A DNA stretch of 64,000 nucleotides, taken from assembly GCA_965637545.1 (NCBI GenBank), contig OZ281498.1, positions 13,268,001 through 13,332,000 of the forward strand. The letters are read 5' to 3'. The notes under the pieces are model-generated. The model was not told where the DNA came from, ran no database searches, and saw nothing but the letters and a program-made list of their open reading frames with translations. Below, in pieces: positions 24,789 to 60,500 of this stretch. The stretch is from Phallusia mammillata. Lineage: Eukaryota. Made by a program: the position numbers and the translations under genes. Numbering within the stretch: the stretch's first letter is position 1; every line of letters begins with the position of its first letter.

Positions 24789-25408
24789 ATTTAAACCACA
24801 CCTTAAGCGCGTTGTTATCAGTGGGGTGTCGGTACTTGTTTAAACAACAAACTGATGGCGATGTGCGACACGTCACAAGATGGCGATGTGTGACAGATTT
24901 CGAGAACTGTTGGATTGCCTGCAACAGGAAGATTAGACTGCAGTGTTGACAACAACTGTTGCACAGACAACATGTCCATTTTGTGAGCCTCATGGTACTA
25001 ACACTACACATTTCTCGCAGATGACCGAAGAAAAAAATAGGCTTGTACTGCAAACACCTCTTTACGGTATATCTGGGTGTATCTCCGTATACAAGCCGCC
25101 CCAAAAATAAGTATAGTTAAGCGAAAAAGACTTATGCTAACAGCAGCAGTACGCATGTTATTTCGCATTTTATGCCGAATCAATCCAATTAACGTATGCC
25201 TTAGGAATACATTTGTGCAACGTTCATCCTCAACATGCTGTTATGTCATAATAATTTCAATGAAAAATGCTTAACAACTAGAACCTTTCACACGTAGCAT
25301 ACGATGCAGCCATCCGTTTGTTTATTGTGACAACATAAATAACAGAAGTAAATTTGCTAGGCGAACATCATAGTATGTGACAGGTTGGAACTTTTTCCAG
25401 GTTACAAT

Positions 25409-48033
<22,625 letters not shown>

Positions 48034-48228
48034 GGCGCAGTTCCAGCAAGAGAAACTCCAAATATAAAATTTATAATTGCAAAAAAATCAAACACCAAAA
48101 TCTGCAAGATCTAACAAGTAAAAAATTCAATCAAGATATGCCATCGAGAACAACTATTTTAAAATATATCTGTATTGTTTAAAAAATGATGGGGCAAACC
48201 AGGTAAGTCTGGACAAATTTAGTTTCGA

Positions 48229-48283
48229 TGTAGTTTATGAGCTAATGTAGAAAACCGTGTAGTTTATGAGCTAATGTAGAAAA
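48229..48283. repeat. 29-bp-period tandem duplication upstream of PSMD1
   Basis: TGTAGTTTATGAGCTAATGTAGAAAA at 48229 and 48258. Confidence 0.9.
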
Positions 48284-50910
48284 AAAGTAAATTCATGTAA
48301 AAGGTTTTTTTTGTTAAAAAAGCGGGTGTCTTACTTTTTGATACTTAGCGTTTTTAACTAAAAACCCAACGTAGAAGTAAGAACCCAGACATTTCAGTGA
48401 TCCAGATCTTAAAACATTGATCTCCCAACAAAGCGCTACTCAACACATTAAAAACAATTTACACTTCTTGCCGGTAACAAAACCAATATACTACTGCTTT
48501 ACTACTTTGACATGTTGCTGAATGATTTACAGGGCCATTGTGGTGTAACTAAATTTTATTTACCAAGCAAATCGTTTTCTGTCATAATTTTAAGTGTCAT
48601 ATGATGAAGTAATTTTATTGAACATTTCTGCGTTAACATCTATTTTATACATTTTGCTTTAAACATTTGGAAAATTGAGACATCAATGGGCATTTTGATT
48701 CGAATCATAATTTTCCTCTACCTGCCGTGTAATTGAAACCAGTTTGGAAAATCGCCAGTCATACTATATGTTTAAAAACTAAAGTTGCTTAAACAAGTGT
48801 TATAGCTTTGTGGCATTTGGGAACAACGAAAAATAAGATGAAACGCAATCTTTTCATAGACATTACGGTATTTGTTTCATGGACATTAAACTTTTTAAAC
48901 GTCGATTCAATTTTAAAGTGACTTTTTTGTTTTGTGAAACATCGTGTAGAACGGGAAAAAAGGAAAAAGTTAGTGCCATGGTAATTAGTATCATGTTTGA
49001 GACTTGTGTCGAAGTAAAGTATTTGTTACAACTGGCGTAAGGATTATGCTTTTCAGGTCAACCCATCGGGATGAGGTTAGTGTAGCATCTTCCACAATAA
49101 ATTACCATCTGAGGTATTCGCTTTCCGTATCGATCTTACGCAAGCAGGGTAGGAGATGCGTTACCATAACGACTGTACTCGGGTCTCGAGGCACCCGTAT
49201 CTATCTACCGGATCACACGAAACGTTGAGAGGAAGCGCGGGCGCGTTGGTATTTGAGTTGATTTCAGTTCATTTCGCTCAATAGCACTAAAACATCACCA
49301 AGTCGGAATAGCTTTGCAACGTTAAAACGTTATTGAACGCAAAAAATTTAAGGGCACAATTGCTGGATGATACCAAAACGCGCTGCAGCTACACCGTTTC
49401 CGTTTGGGTCGGTTTTATTTGTCCAACGAAATACTTTCTTGACCAAACGCAATAACTTTCTAACCCATTAACGTACCCTAACAATATTCACATGTAATGA
49501 ACTACGTCACGCACTTAACGACGTGACGTGATCGTAGAATAAAACGGTCTTCTAAAAAACGCTAACTTGCAAAAAAGCTATTCATCGTAGCGAGCCCAAA
49601 CTTTACACATGACGCTGTGGGGCTGTCTCCACCTCGGAATCGGGAATAGTCCTTCGAACGAGCGCAGGGAATGTCCAGGTCTATGACGATTGGTGGTTCA
49701 CCTGGTTGCGGAGCGTGATCCAACCCAGATGACGACGATCAACTCTCTGGTGGAAACGCAGAGCCTTCCTCACGATCAACACTTCGTCTCTTCCTTGCAG
49801 GTGGTCCAAGTTGGTGCTCAGGATGGTAGCCTATCCTTGTAGGCTACTTCTCTGGTTTGCTGCAGTCGTTCGCGCGCTACTCGAATCAGGTCGTGTGATG
49901 TTGGTTTGAGAAACTCGTCTACACCAATTGCGTTGTTCAGCAAGCACTTCAAATAGTATTATTTTATTCTGAGTAATTATACGACATTTATCGTTTCACA
50001 CACTTCCAAACCTCTCTGATTTCAAGGCGGAAAAACAGCGCTTTTTATAGTCCCACAATGCAACAGTAAACTTCTTCTCTCGCACATAATTACGTTTGTT
50101 AATGTTACTTTTAACTGGGCAAAGTCCAAATTAGCCTTTTTTAGTTGCCAGAATCTTCTCGAAAACAGGCACATAAACGTCAGTGGGACCGGATATGTAT
50201 AACTGCGAAATACAAGGCAAAATGTCCCAAAATAGAATATGACTTCACCCATACAAGCAAAACATGTACCTGAACACCGTGTGAAATATCCGTTTTATAA
50301 ATTATTTTACGTTTGTTCTTTATTTGGCTGCAAACGCTGCTTTAATGCAGCGTGCAAAAATACCGGTTGCGATTCGTGTGAAATGTTTGCTTATGACTAT
50401 TTGCGTTTATTCGTTATATTATAGCTGAAAACGCTGCTTTAATGCAGCGTTCTAAACTGTAACGTGCAATTGGTGTGAAATATAGCATTTTATCTACTTG
50501 GTCTGCTACAACGCCATCATACCTTCCTATGACGTCAATCGCTCTTTATTAACACAACTTTTTGACATTTTAAGGTTAAACTAATGACGCGACCAACCCG
50601 AACACATTTGTTGCGTCCCTGCCGTAAAACCAGGGTAAGGTACCACAAGGAACACAAAACTGCTACATTTTGTCTTAAATATTTACATAAATAACAGTTG
50701 AAAATATTGGACCGCGTTCGTTCTTCAATATATTTGCACAAATTTTCAAATTAAACCACAGTCGATTTGTCTTTGAGAGCTGCCCCAAGGGGGGCACCTC
50801 GAATCAACGCAAGCGCGGCTTAAACAACGTAAAAGCCTATACTTGTACCCAGGCCCCACGAGAGGGGGGTGCAGCCGGTGCCCCGCACCGGGTCCCATGA
50901 GAGTCTAGGG

Positions 50911-51229
50911 CAGTGGTTCCCTACCTTTTTGACCTTGCGGCACCCTATCTAAGAGATAAATAGTTTGCGGCACCATGGCAAAACTGGATAATTTTTTTGA
51001 GGTTTCTGTATTTCAAATAACCGTATGAAATAAGAAGCCGGGAATAAATGCGAGATGCGAAACTCAATACACACTAAAACTCGGTTAGAAATAAATAAAT
51101 TCCGCACTTAACGTGTTAAAGTTAAAATAAATAATGGGCCGCAGTATTGCAATATCAATATCTCGCGGCACCCCTGAGCATTGCAATTGGCACCCCAGGG
51201 TGCCGCGGCACCCCGGTTGGGAACCACTG
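50911..51229. mobile_element. Nested Charlie-type hAT MITE
   Basis: Ends CAGTGGTTCCC / GGGAACCACTG; perfect TSD GTCTAGGG. Confidence 0.9.
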
Positions 51230-51626
51230 GTCTAGGGGCCCCATAATTATTAAGTTGAAGATTCCAGGGCGAAATGTGTACTTTTAAAATTTTAAAACTG
51301 AAAAATGTTGATGCTGATTGCCGAATGTGGAGTTTGATTTGTTTGTAGTGCAACTCTATGCAACAAGTTTTATGATTGTTACGTTGGTGCATGCGCGAAT
51401 TGTAGCGAGATCTCTTTTTGATGTTTCTCCTTTTTGTGCCACAGTTGTGTCCGTTGTTTGGTAAGAATTATGCACATTTGCGCTGACTACTTAGTGCTGG
51501 TGAGTTTTTTTGGACGTTATAATAGCATTTGTTACACGTATTTGATTTGGTCACAGCTTTGGTAGTAAGCGAGGTACTTTATTGGACCATATTTGTTAAA
51601 GTACATAAGCGATAAAGCGACAGTTA

Positions 51627-51650
51627 TGTGTGTGTGTGTGTGTGTGTGTG
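51627..51650. repeat. (TG)12 microsatellite
   Basis: Read directly. Confidence 0.95.
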
Positions 51651-51958
51651 AAGACGTTTACTTTGCTGTCTGCCTTCGACCCTTCGTATTAACATTTTTA
51701 ATTGGTCTGTACGTACCTATGTGAAAATTACCGTCAAAGCAGTTATTATTTTAAACAAATTAGCATTTTTAAACAAACTGTCGCGATATGTGGAATTGAT
51801 ATTACCTAGTTTCATAAGATTACATCGCCTATGATTGATTCAAAGCCAGTTTGTTACGTCACAGACAAGACTACAAGTGCTGATTGTGCGCAAACAATTG
51901 CCTTCCTCGGTTACTTGTGACGTAATATACAAGCATTGCTCGTAAGATGAGACTATAC

Positions 51959-52032
51959 CAGGGGACGGCAACCACTGGCACGCGTGTCAAGGTTGGCACG
52001 CTAGGTGTCGCCTAAAAGGTTGCCGATCCTTG
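51959..52032. mobile_element. 74-bp mini hAT MITE
   Basis: Ends CAGGGGACGGCAACC / GGTTGCCGATCCTTG; flanks GACTATAC / AACTATAC; a related uninterrupted site lies at ~53901-53990. Confidence 0.75.
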
Positions 52033-53207
52033 AACTATACAGTTTAACAGTCGCATTACCCGATTTTGGGATTTTAGAAATACCATGTCTTGGCGCTGCA
52101 AAAGGTTGTGGTGACCCCTGGTTTAAGCGAACACAGTACATGTCAAGACCAATATTTGCTTTTGAGCGTTTACTTTGCTGTACGAACGCTATAGTGCATG
52201 CAGTAAAAAGATAGGAATTTTAGGTTTTTAAACCTGTAAAGGTTTGACGTTATTGTCCAAGCTGTTTAATGAGTGCGGCTAGCTTGCTTTTGTTTGTTCT
52301 TTTGGCGAATAAACGTATTAAACGCTCATCAGCACACAAATAGTGTTCAAAGGGGGGCCCAGAAATTGACTTGCACCAGCATATTTTTTTCTCTCCAGGG
52401 CCCTGCTTGTACCAGACGTATACCTTATTGACCAGAAATTCCTCCTGTAGACTCTGAACGGCCAACCTGCGAGGCTGAGCCTTACAGTGGTTTGTCACGT
52501 TGACGCTCAGCCATGTACTGCTCACACATCCCGAATCTCGTGTAATAATCCACAGCGGCAACAGCAATAACGTCGTACACATTCAGGAACGAAACTGGGA
52601 CGGAAACAGGAACGGTTTCCTTAACAGGAAAACGAAACAAATTGACACTTGTCAACGCACAAAAAAAATACCGCTGACCCACTTACCAACTATTTTGCGA
52701 CGCAGGTCAATAAATACAATACACGCATCAACAGTTGCAAGACGATGAAACAATCGCTGCAAGCACTATGGGAAAATACATTATGTCATAAGACACAAGT
52801 GAAAACCATGAATATTAGGTCACAAGTCTAAATTAAACACTAAACAACAGTCGTCACAAACATTTAATGCAGCCTTATTCGTCTCTAAAAATGCAATACA
52901 AAAGTGTTCAGTTAATGCAGTAATGTAGTCATCCCACTCGACCAGTTGTACAATAAATAAACGGGTTCATCTAAAATACGCAATCTCCTAGTAAAACTTA
53001 TAAAAATGTTGACGGTTAGGGTTTTTAGGTTTTGGGCGAGTGTTGTGAAAAAAACATAATTAAATCTTAGATACCCCTTTTGGGCCTATATTCTTATATG
53101 TGTCGAGGGTGGTACTAATCACCATATCGTACGGCAGAATATTAAGCTCAAAGGGTACATGCGATTAAATTATAATGTTGTTGTAATTACAAACTCACAC
53201 CTGGACC

Positions 53208-53622
53208 CATGGGCGCCGGCAGAATTTTTTCCAGAGGGGGGGTCAAATTTTGACAAAAACACACTTGCAGGAATAGATTACTATATCAAGTAATTATATA
53301 CACATGGCATAAAATATATGCAGTTGATTTGCGTCAACGATGAAAAATCCCCATACAGCCACGCTATGAACAATTTTGCCCGTTTAAAAAACATAAAAAC
53401 GGCAGAGGCTATGAAAACGACACCACATATACGTAAACAATGAAGACATCGTTAACGTCGCTTGTTTAGACATTTGCTTTGACTATGTCAACTTACCTTC
53501 TTAGAGCACATTATCGTTTTTGAGTCAACACGCTTTTCGAGAAAATGTTGTAATTTTGTGGTACTTTGAAATTCCAGGAGGGGGCAAATGCCCCCTCTTG
53601 CCCCTACGTGCCGGCGCCCATG
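53208..53622. mobile_element. TIR MITE
   Basis: Perfect TIR CATGGGCGCCGGCA; flanks CCTGGACC / CCTGAACC (7 of 8). Confidence 0.85.
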
Positions 53623-54887
53623 CCTGAACCCCAATGTTTCTACCCCCCCCCCCCTCCCCCCTAAAAAACGTTAGCACTGATGATGCTTGTCTTGTTTTTT
53701 GAAAACAACATGCATCGTAGGTCCGCCTTAAGCTACTTTCAAGTTAGTTCCAATCGTTAGAAAAAGCCACTTCAACACTGAAAAGTTGCGAAAAAAGGTT
53801 TTTTTTGCGCGCACAGAGCCACGTTGCCAGTATTCTTGTAAACTACGCATATGTTGCCCGGAAATTGTTGATACAATCAAAGTCAAAACAGAGAGTGTTA
53901 ATTGTGCGCAAACAATTGCCTTATTGTGTTACTTGTGACGTAATATACAAACATTCCTTGTAAGATGAGACTAATTATACAATTTAACAGATTTTAAATG
54001 GGTTTTTAAAATGACCAAAAAAAAATAATCTTGCCACCCCTATAAAATACCCTCGTGGGCTAAGCTTGAGAAGACGGCACGCGCGACTTAGTATTAAACG
54101 TATCCGGCCCGCAGTGTAGAAAAGTTTGGGTAGAACAACTGGACATCCATTTCAGAGTAATGAAGCGTTTACTTCAAACAATAAGGTCGAAATCAGCGCC
54201 GACATAATTCCAATGCATTCATTTACAATTGTTTGCAAGTGAAAACTTTGCTGCCATAATGTGCTGCGCCCCCCTTGCGAACCCTTCACGCCCCCCAGTT
54301 TAAGAACCCCTGGATTAAAGGTTGTGTGGCCCGCAGAAACTATTGGATTTCAAACGTACTGGAAAACGAGTTCAATTATTGCATATTTTTGAGCAAATCA
54401 AATGTGCCCTATTTTTCTCTGACCTGACAATAATTTTACTTGTGTTAAATAAAGGTGCGGCTCGTGATCTATTTGTGATAATTGTATTTGGCCCCACAGA
54501 AAGTGAAAAAGATTGCACTCCCTGCCCTAAATAAACCAATCATTATAAGATGAAGATAACAGCGTTCCAATTTCACAGTTACGCACATGTCAGCAATTGT
54601 AACGTCATAGCAGGGGTAATAATGGGACAAGTTAGTCATGCGAAATTTGCCACACTCGTTGCGGTTTCTTGGTGTATGATAGATTGAGGTGTTAGGTCCA
54701 AAATGTCTCTAAATAACATGAATGTTTTATAAACGTCTGAAATGCGCGTGTTCCAATATCGGCAAAAGGCTGTTGCCTTCTGCCGTGTGCATGTCTCTAC
54801 AATGTCCCCGTTGTAGGTGCAGTATGGTTAAAATGAAGCGGCCATCAAACAAGCTGGGTGGGAACGTTTGGCGGTTTCCTTCTAGGG

Positions 54888-55348
54888 CAGTGGTTCCCAA
54901 CCTTTTTGTAGTCACGGACCCCTTTTGTAAATTTTATACGCCTGCGGACCCCAAATGTATTTTACCGGAAGTCTTTCTTTGTTTCTTGTATTATACATAT
55001 ATTATCGTTTTTAGGCAGCATTTAAATCAACCTTCACAGTCACAATGACATTATGTACTGTAGAAGTCAATCCAACAAAGAGATAAATTTTCTAGTGTAC
55101 AAAACATGAAACAAAGCACTACAAAATTCATTGTTGATGTGTGTTGTGATGTCACAATGGAGATAACAATCACAAAAATGTAATATTTCCTGATACAAAG
55201 GTTTGATAAACAATCTGCACTCATATGCAGGATTGCAGAAACGGTTTAAAAACTTACAAATATTTTACTGTTGGTTAATGGTACTACTAATGTTTGCCTC
55301 CACGGACCCCCTAAAACCATCTCACGGACCCCAGGTTGGGAACCACTG
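54888..55348. mobile_element. Charlie-type hAT MITE
   Basis: TIR CAGTGGTTCCCAACCT; perfect TSD TTCTAGGG. Confidence 0.92.
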
Positions 55349-56147
55349 TTCTAGGGTATGTCTTCATTTCTTTGTTTTATAAGGATTGAGGTTTTTGACG
55401 TCACGCATGACTTATTATACAGGAATGCGTTATTCCGAACACCAATTTGCTGCGTGAGGTAAGATATTTATATATGAAACTATGGTGGCTGGGGAAAAAG
55501 GCGGCTCAAAATTCCAGACCCGTTCGCAAGCAATGGGGTTTGGGTGGCATTGATAAGGTATTATGTGCATGTTGTGTTGGTTTACTTGTTGTCATAATTA
55601 TTTTCTTTTAGGGAGTGCTTCCATGAACTTGTTGCTCGCAGGGAACGAGCGACTCTCGAGGGTCGAAAAGTTGCTTTCCAAACGGAAATCTAGTCTCATG
55701 AGTGGCAGCATATAATAACCTGTATAGGAGTACATTCCTTCTGATATTGATGATTGACACAACACGTCTTCTGTTGTCTAGCTTTTAACACCTTTTTTAT
55801 TGAAAACTAACAAGAAAATTAACAGCTTTTAAAAAATAACACTGTTTGTACATAGTAACATCAAAAACTAAAAATTGGGGAGTTGTTAGCAACAGTTTTG
55901 CAAATAGTGCTCTAAATTTACCCCAAAATTGGAACTGTAATGTGACATCATCTTTTTTGGTTGTTACCCAGTCTGTTGATGCTTTCATGAAAATACTCGA
56001 AACAACCCCGATATGAATGACGTACGCACGCCTAGGTAAATCCCCCGCTGTTGCTGATTTTGAAAAGTCTCCCGTGGTGTTTGAATTCCGCGATTTTAAG
56101 CTGTTTACTTATTTTTGTCACTTCGAGGTTGTAGTGTTGGTTCCCAG

Positions 56148-56626
56148 TAGGGTTCCTCTATTTCTCGACTTTTTCGTTTCTCGAGAAACGAGAAATTAAA
56201 AATCCATTTCTCGAGAATCTCGAGAGTCTCGAAATTTTTATTTAAGCCGATTTTGTAACAAAAACAAACAAAAAAAATTCCGATTGTACGTTTTTTCGGT
56301 AGCGATCGCAAGTAGTAATTCGCTAGCAAATCAGCCAAAAACGAAGCGACTGTTATAGATCTTACGCAACCAGGCGTGACTTCTGCCTGGGAAAGGTGAA
56401 AGTTTAGCGGCAACGCACGTTAAAAATCGCTGTTTCGGAAGCAAAATAAGAAAGTTATGTGCCCAGTCCGCTCTAGAGGCGAGTTTAAACGAAAAATACA
56501 CGTAATAAGAGGTGTCGCATTTACTTTTTGTTCAAGATACGTGACGTAATTTTTCTCGAGAAATTTTTATTTATTTCTCGAGAATCGAGACTCGATTTTT
56601 TCGAGATTTCTCGAGAGGGAACTCTA
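56148..56626. mobile_element. hAT-type MITE with TCTCGAGA subterminal palindromes
   Basis: Ends TAGGGTTCC / GGAACTCTA; perfect TSD GTTCCCAG. Confidence 0.88.
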
Positions 56627-57549
56627 GTTCCCAGTCCCACGCTGTTTTGTACGTTTAGTTGCAAACAGAACGAAAACTGACAGCTCTAGTTTTAAAAATA
56701 CGTGAATGTTTAAAAGTTTTGTTACCATTTTGCTGGTTAAATATCGTAAATGTAGAAAAAATTATGATAGTTTTTTGTATCTTTTCTGTTTGAACTCACA
56801 AAAGCAGAATAAAATAAATTGTGTTGTTTAATGGTGGAAATATTTTCAGTTATAGTATTTAACTTTTTCCCAGACAGTAAGTTGAGGGTTAAGGCTACTA
56901 CTGTGATAAAAGGTGCTATAGTCACAGGTATTGTGATGGTAGTTTTATCGGTAACAAGTTCTTGCACCAGCTTATGTATGCTGACTACAGTGCCCAACAG
57001 TGCAGTCTGCAGGGCTTTTAGTGAAACGTTGTAGCCAGTTTTTGAAAATCAGACTAGTGCAAACCTAAATCCCACCACTGACCGGCAGTTAAATTAACAG
57101 GACTGAAATAGCACATAAAAGTTGGCTTTTCCTCTGACAGTTAACAGGTATTTTCCTCAACCTACCTGTTTGCAATAAACAATGCACAAGTGTAACATGT
57201 ATTGTGGCTTTCAATATCAAAGTCTTGTCAATTACAACTTAATTTGCCAAGCTTTTTTGGTAATTACCTGTGGCGCTTGGGATAATGTCAGTGTTATGCA
57301 CCAAAAAATGAAAAATCATCATTAATTTGCAACCATGTCTTGTAGCCCAGAAAGTTCCTTAAAAATTTATTAAACAAGCACACAAACAAACAAAGGCTGT
57401 ATAAAAACAACCAACACTTGTAATGCATAGCAAATTCGTTACCTAACTGTATTTACAGCACTGCTAAGTTTTTAAACATTTTTAATACAGTTGCCTAAAC
57501 CCCAACTGAAGTTTGTTTTATTCTTTTGCAAAAACGAGACATACATTAC

Positions 57550-60500
57550 TTACAATGAACCCATAAATTTGTTGGTCACTGTATTTAAATTTGAATGATG
57601 TGTAATGCCTTCAAATACATCTTTAACATTTATACTTGCAGGCAGAACATGCTGCACCTTTATTGGTCCATCACGCCTAAACAAATAAGAATAAGATAAA
57701 AAGTGAAGTTTTAACTATTATAGTTGAAACATATTTTACCTTTCAATAGCAGTTGCCAGTGACTCCTTGCACAATTGCTGACAAAACATTTCCATTGCCT
57801 TTGCCAATACAATTTGACTTAAGGGGGCACTTAGGTCTTGTGAAATTGGCACACATGGTAATTTTACACCAACCTAAAAAGTCAATTGATCAACTATTTA
57901 GAAGCAATAAATTAGGTTAATAAAATAAGGACAAATTGGAAAAACAGTTACCTGCTGTGCCATTTCTTCCACTGCAACTATTTCTGAAGTAGGATTAAAC
58001 TGAAACCCAATACTGTCATTTGTCACCTCTTTTTTCAACTTGGTTGGTGGAGTGACGGATATGATATCCACATCACTTTCCAATTTCCTGTGCGTGACAA
58101 AAATCTTAGAATGCTACATTTCGGGCATGACTTTTATCTGTATATATACTTCAATTCTTGCATAGTTGATGCTTGACAGATATTAATGATGTCATCTGCT
58201 GGAGAATAGGTCTCGGGCATTGAAACTGAATCTCTATTATCACTTCCAGTTACTGGATCTTGGTTGGTTTCAAATTCTACAGTGGTCAAAGTTTACTAAG
58301 TGCAATGGCCTACAGTTTAATTAATTTTTTTACCATCTGTGAAAACAGAGTACCCTCTTTTCAAGCACCATTTTACTATATGACGTTTTGTTGGCAATTT
58401 TGTTTCAGAAAATGCTTTTTCTGTTTGTTTGATGTGAGCCAATATTTTTCTAATTAAACTTGCTCGTTGCCACTGCATGTAAAAAGATGGTAATAGCAAA
58501 CAACCATGCCAAAACATATTTAATTTTTAAACAGCACTTACTTCTGCGGCATGTTGTTTCCCAACATTCCACTCTAAAAATTCAGCTTCAGATTGTGCAG
58601 CAAATGGAAGGTTCAGAACTTGTCTGTCTTTTTGTACCAGTGGGATATAGTTGGCCGCAAGGGGTAATGCATCTTCCATAAGATCCAGTATTTTGTTTTT
58701 CATAATCTTTCTGGCAACTTCTTGGTAAAATGGCAGATTGTCTTTGGGCTTGCTTTGCACATATTGTGGTAGTTCAAACACTTCTTGTTTCACAGAATGT
58801 GTTTCTAGGAAAAATACAATTAAAATGTGTTGGACAAAGACGAAATTTATTTTCTACCAGGATTAAACAAACAACCATTCACTACATTCAATTCAACCTT
58901 ACCTTTTGGTGAAGATTTATTTATTTTTCGTTTTAAATTGTCAGCACTTATTAGGGCAATCTGTTGCTCACCCTGCAAGTTAAAATTCGTTAACTCCTAT
59001 AAAACATTTTTAAAACCAAAGCAAATCACCTGTTCTGTGGTGACTGTTGTCAAAACGAATTGTGGTGTTTTAGGTAATGGCTTTACTTGTGGTTGTGTAG
59101 CTGCATGTTTAAAAAATGATATACTGCTTTGATAAATATTAAAAACGGGATTAATTTTTATCATGTAACACACCTGTCGGCTTTTCCACCTTTACTTGCA
59201 CCGGCTTATTTATGCTGACTCCAGCGCCCAACAGCGCAGTCTGCAGGGCTTTTAGTGAAACTAATTGCTGCTGAGACAAGCCCTTGACAACCTCTGGCTA
59301 TTGTTTAAAAAAAAATTAAAATCTGTAAAGATAAGCATTCTAGATGTAAAAACACCTTCTCCTGTGATTTGGCACTGTTTGTTGTTGAAAAAGATTTGAG
59401 AGAACCTTTGTCACTCACAAGAACAAGGCCTTGCTTGGTGCTTTTTAAGACAAAGGACTTTGGTTGCTGTGTCTGATCCTGTTTAAAATTGGCAGCAGCA
59501 GGAAAAGCACATGTTTTGTGGGGAATTACCACTCCACCAGAAGAACCTTAAAATAATGTAGTAGTATAATATTAAATTATCAATTTTAATTGCTGAACTT
59601 TACCATTTGATGATGTGTTGCTTGGCAATGAGGCAGTTGTATCAGAACTGGTAGGTTTTGAAACAATATGAATGTGCTTTTTTAGTTCCTTTGCATCAAC
59701 TTTTCTTTGCTTCTCGGGGACTACACTTAACAAGTAAGTCCCTGGAACAGAATTGGATTCAAGTTGCCTTTTTCTTTGGGCAATTTGTATTGGTTGCCCT
59801 GTTGGGAGAGCAATCCTTTTTAAAACAGTGTAACCAGAATGCTCTGCCTGGGATTTTGCCATGGTATCATCAGAAACTGATGACTGTGATCTATTTCTTA
59901 GCACCACCACTTGCTTAGCATTTGCATTGCTTTGATTTTTTTTCAGTTCACTTTCATGCTTTTGCAATAGCAATACTTTCCCCATAAGATTTGTTGCTAT
60001 TTGATCACCCATTGCACCACTATCAGCAGACACAGACCTCTGTCTTGGGGGCATTAGAGTTGTGACATTGCTTGCTGAGGAACCCTTTGATGACAATGAT
60101 TTGGGACTGGTTGTGAGTATCACACATGTTTTTGAGGTGACAGGTGAAGAAGGTAGAGAGGGAATTTTCGGTGGAATTCCAACCCTTTTGGGTGATTCCT
60201 TGCTAGTGCTTGGTCCTTTTTCAGGTGTTCGAAAGATAATTGGCTTGGTGCAAATCTTCGATGCTACTTTTTCTGTGTTGCTTTCCAATAGCTTGTCATT
60301 AGGTTGGGGGCTGTGGAAAAGTGTTCGTTTAAAATGGTAGTGCCTTACCAGTTGATTGTGCCCAAAAAGTAGACCACATGGGAATACAGTGATTATTACA
60401 GAAAAGTTGTAAATTAGGGACAAGCTGTTGCACAAGCTTTATTTAGTCCTAGGTTTGTAATATTATAAATACAAGTACAGTATACTCTTTATTTACACAG

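Larger units (their letters stand above)
50850..52405. mobile_element. 1.55-kb non-autonomous TIR element hosting nested MITEs
   Basis: Ends CAGGCCCCACGAGAG / CTCTCCAGGGCCCTG; perfect 8-bp TSD CTTGTACC. Confidence 0.8.
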
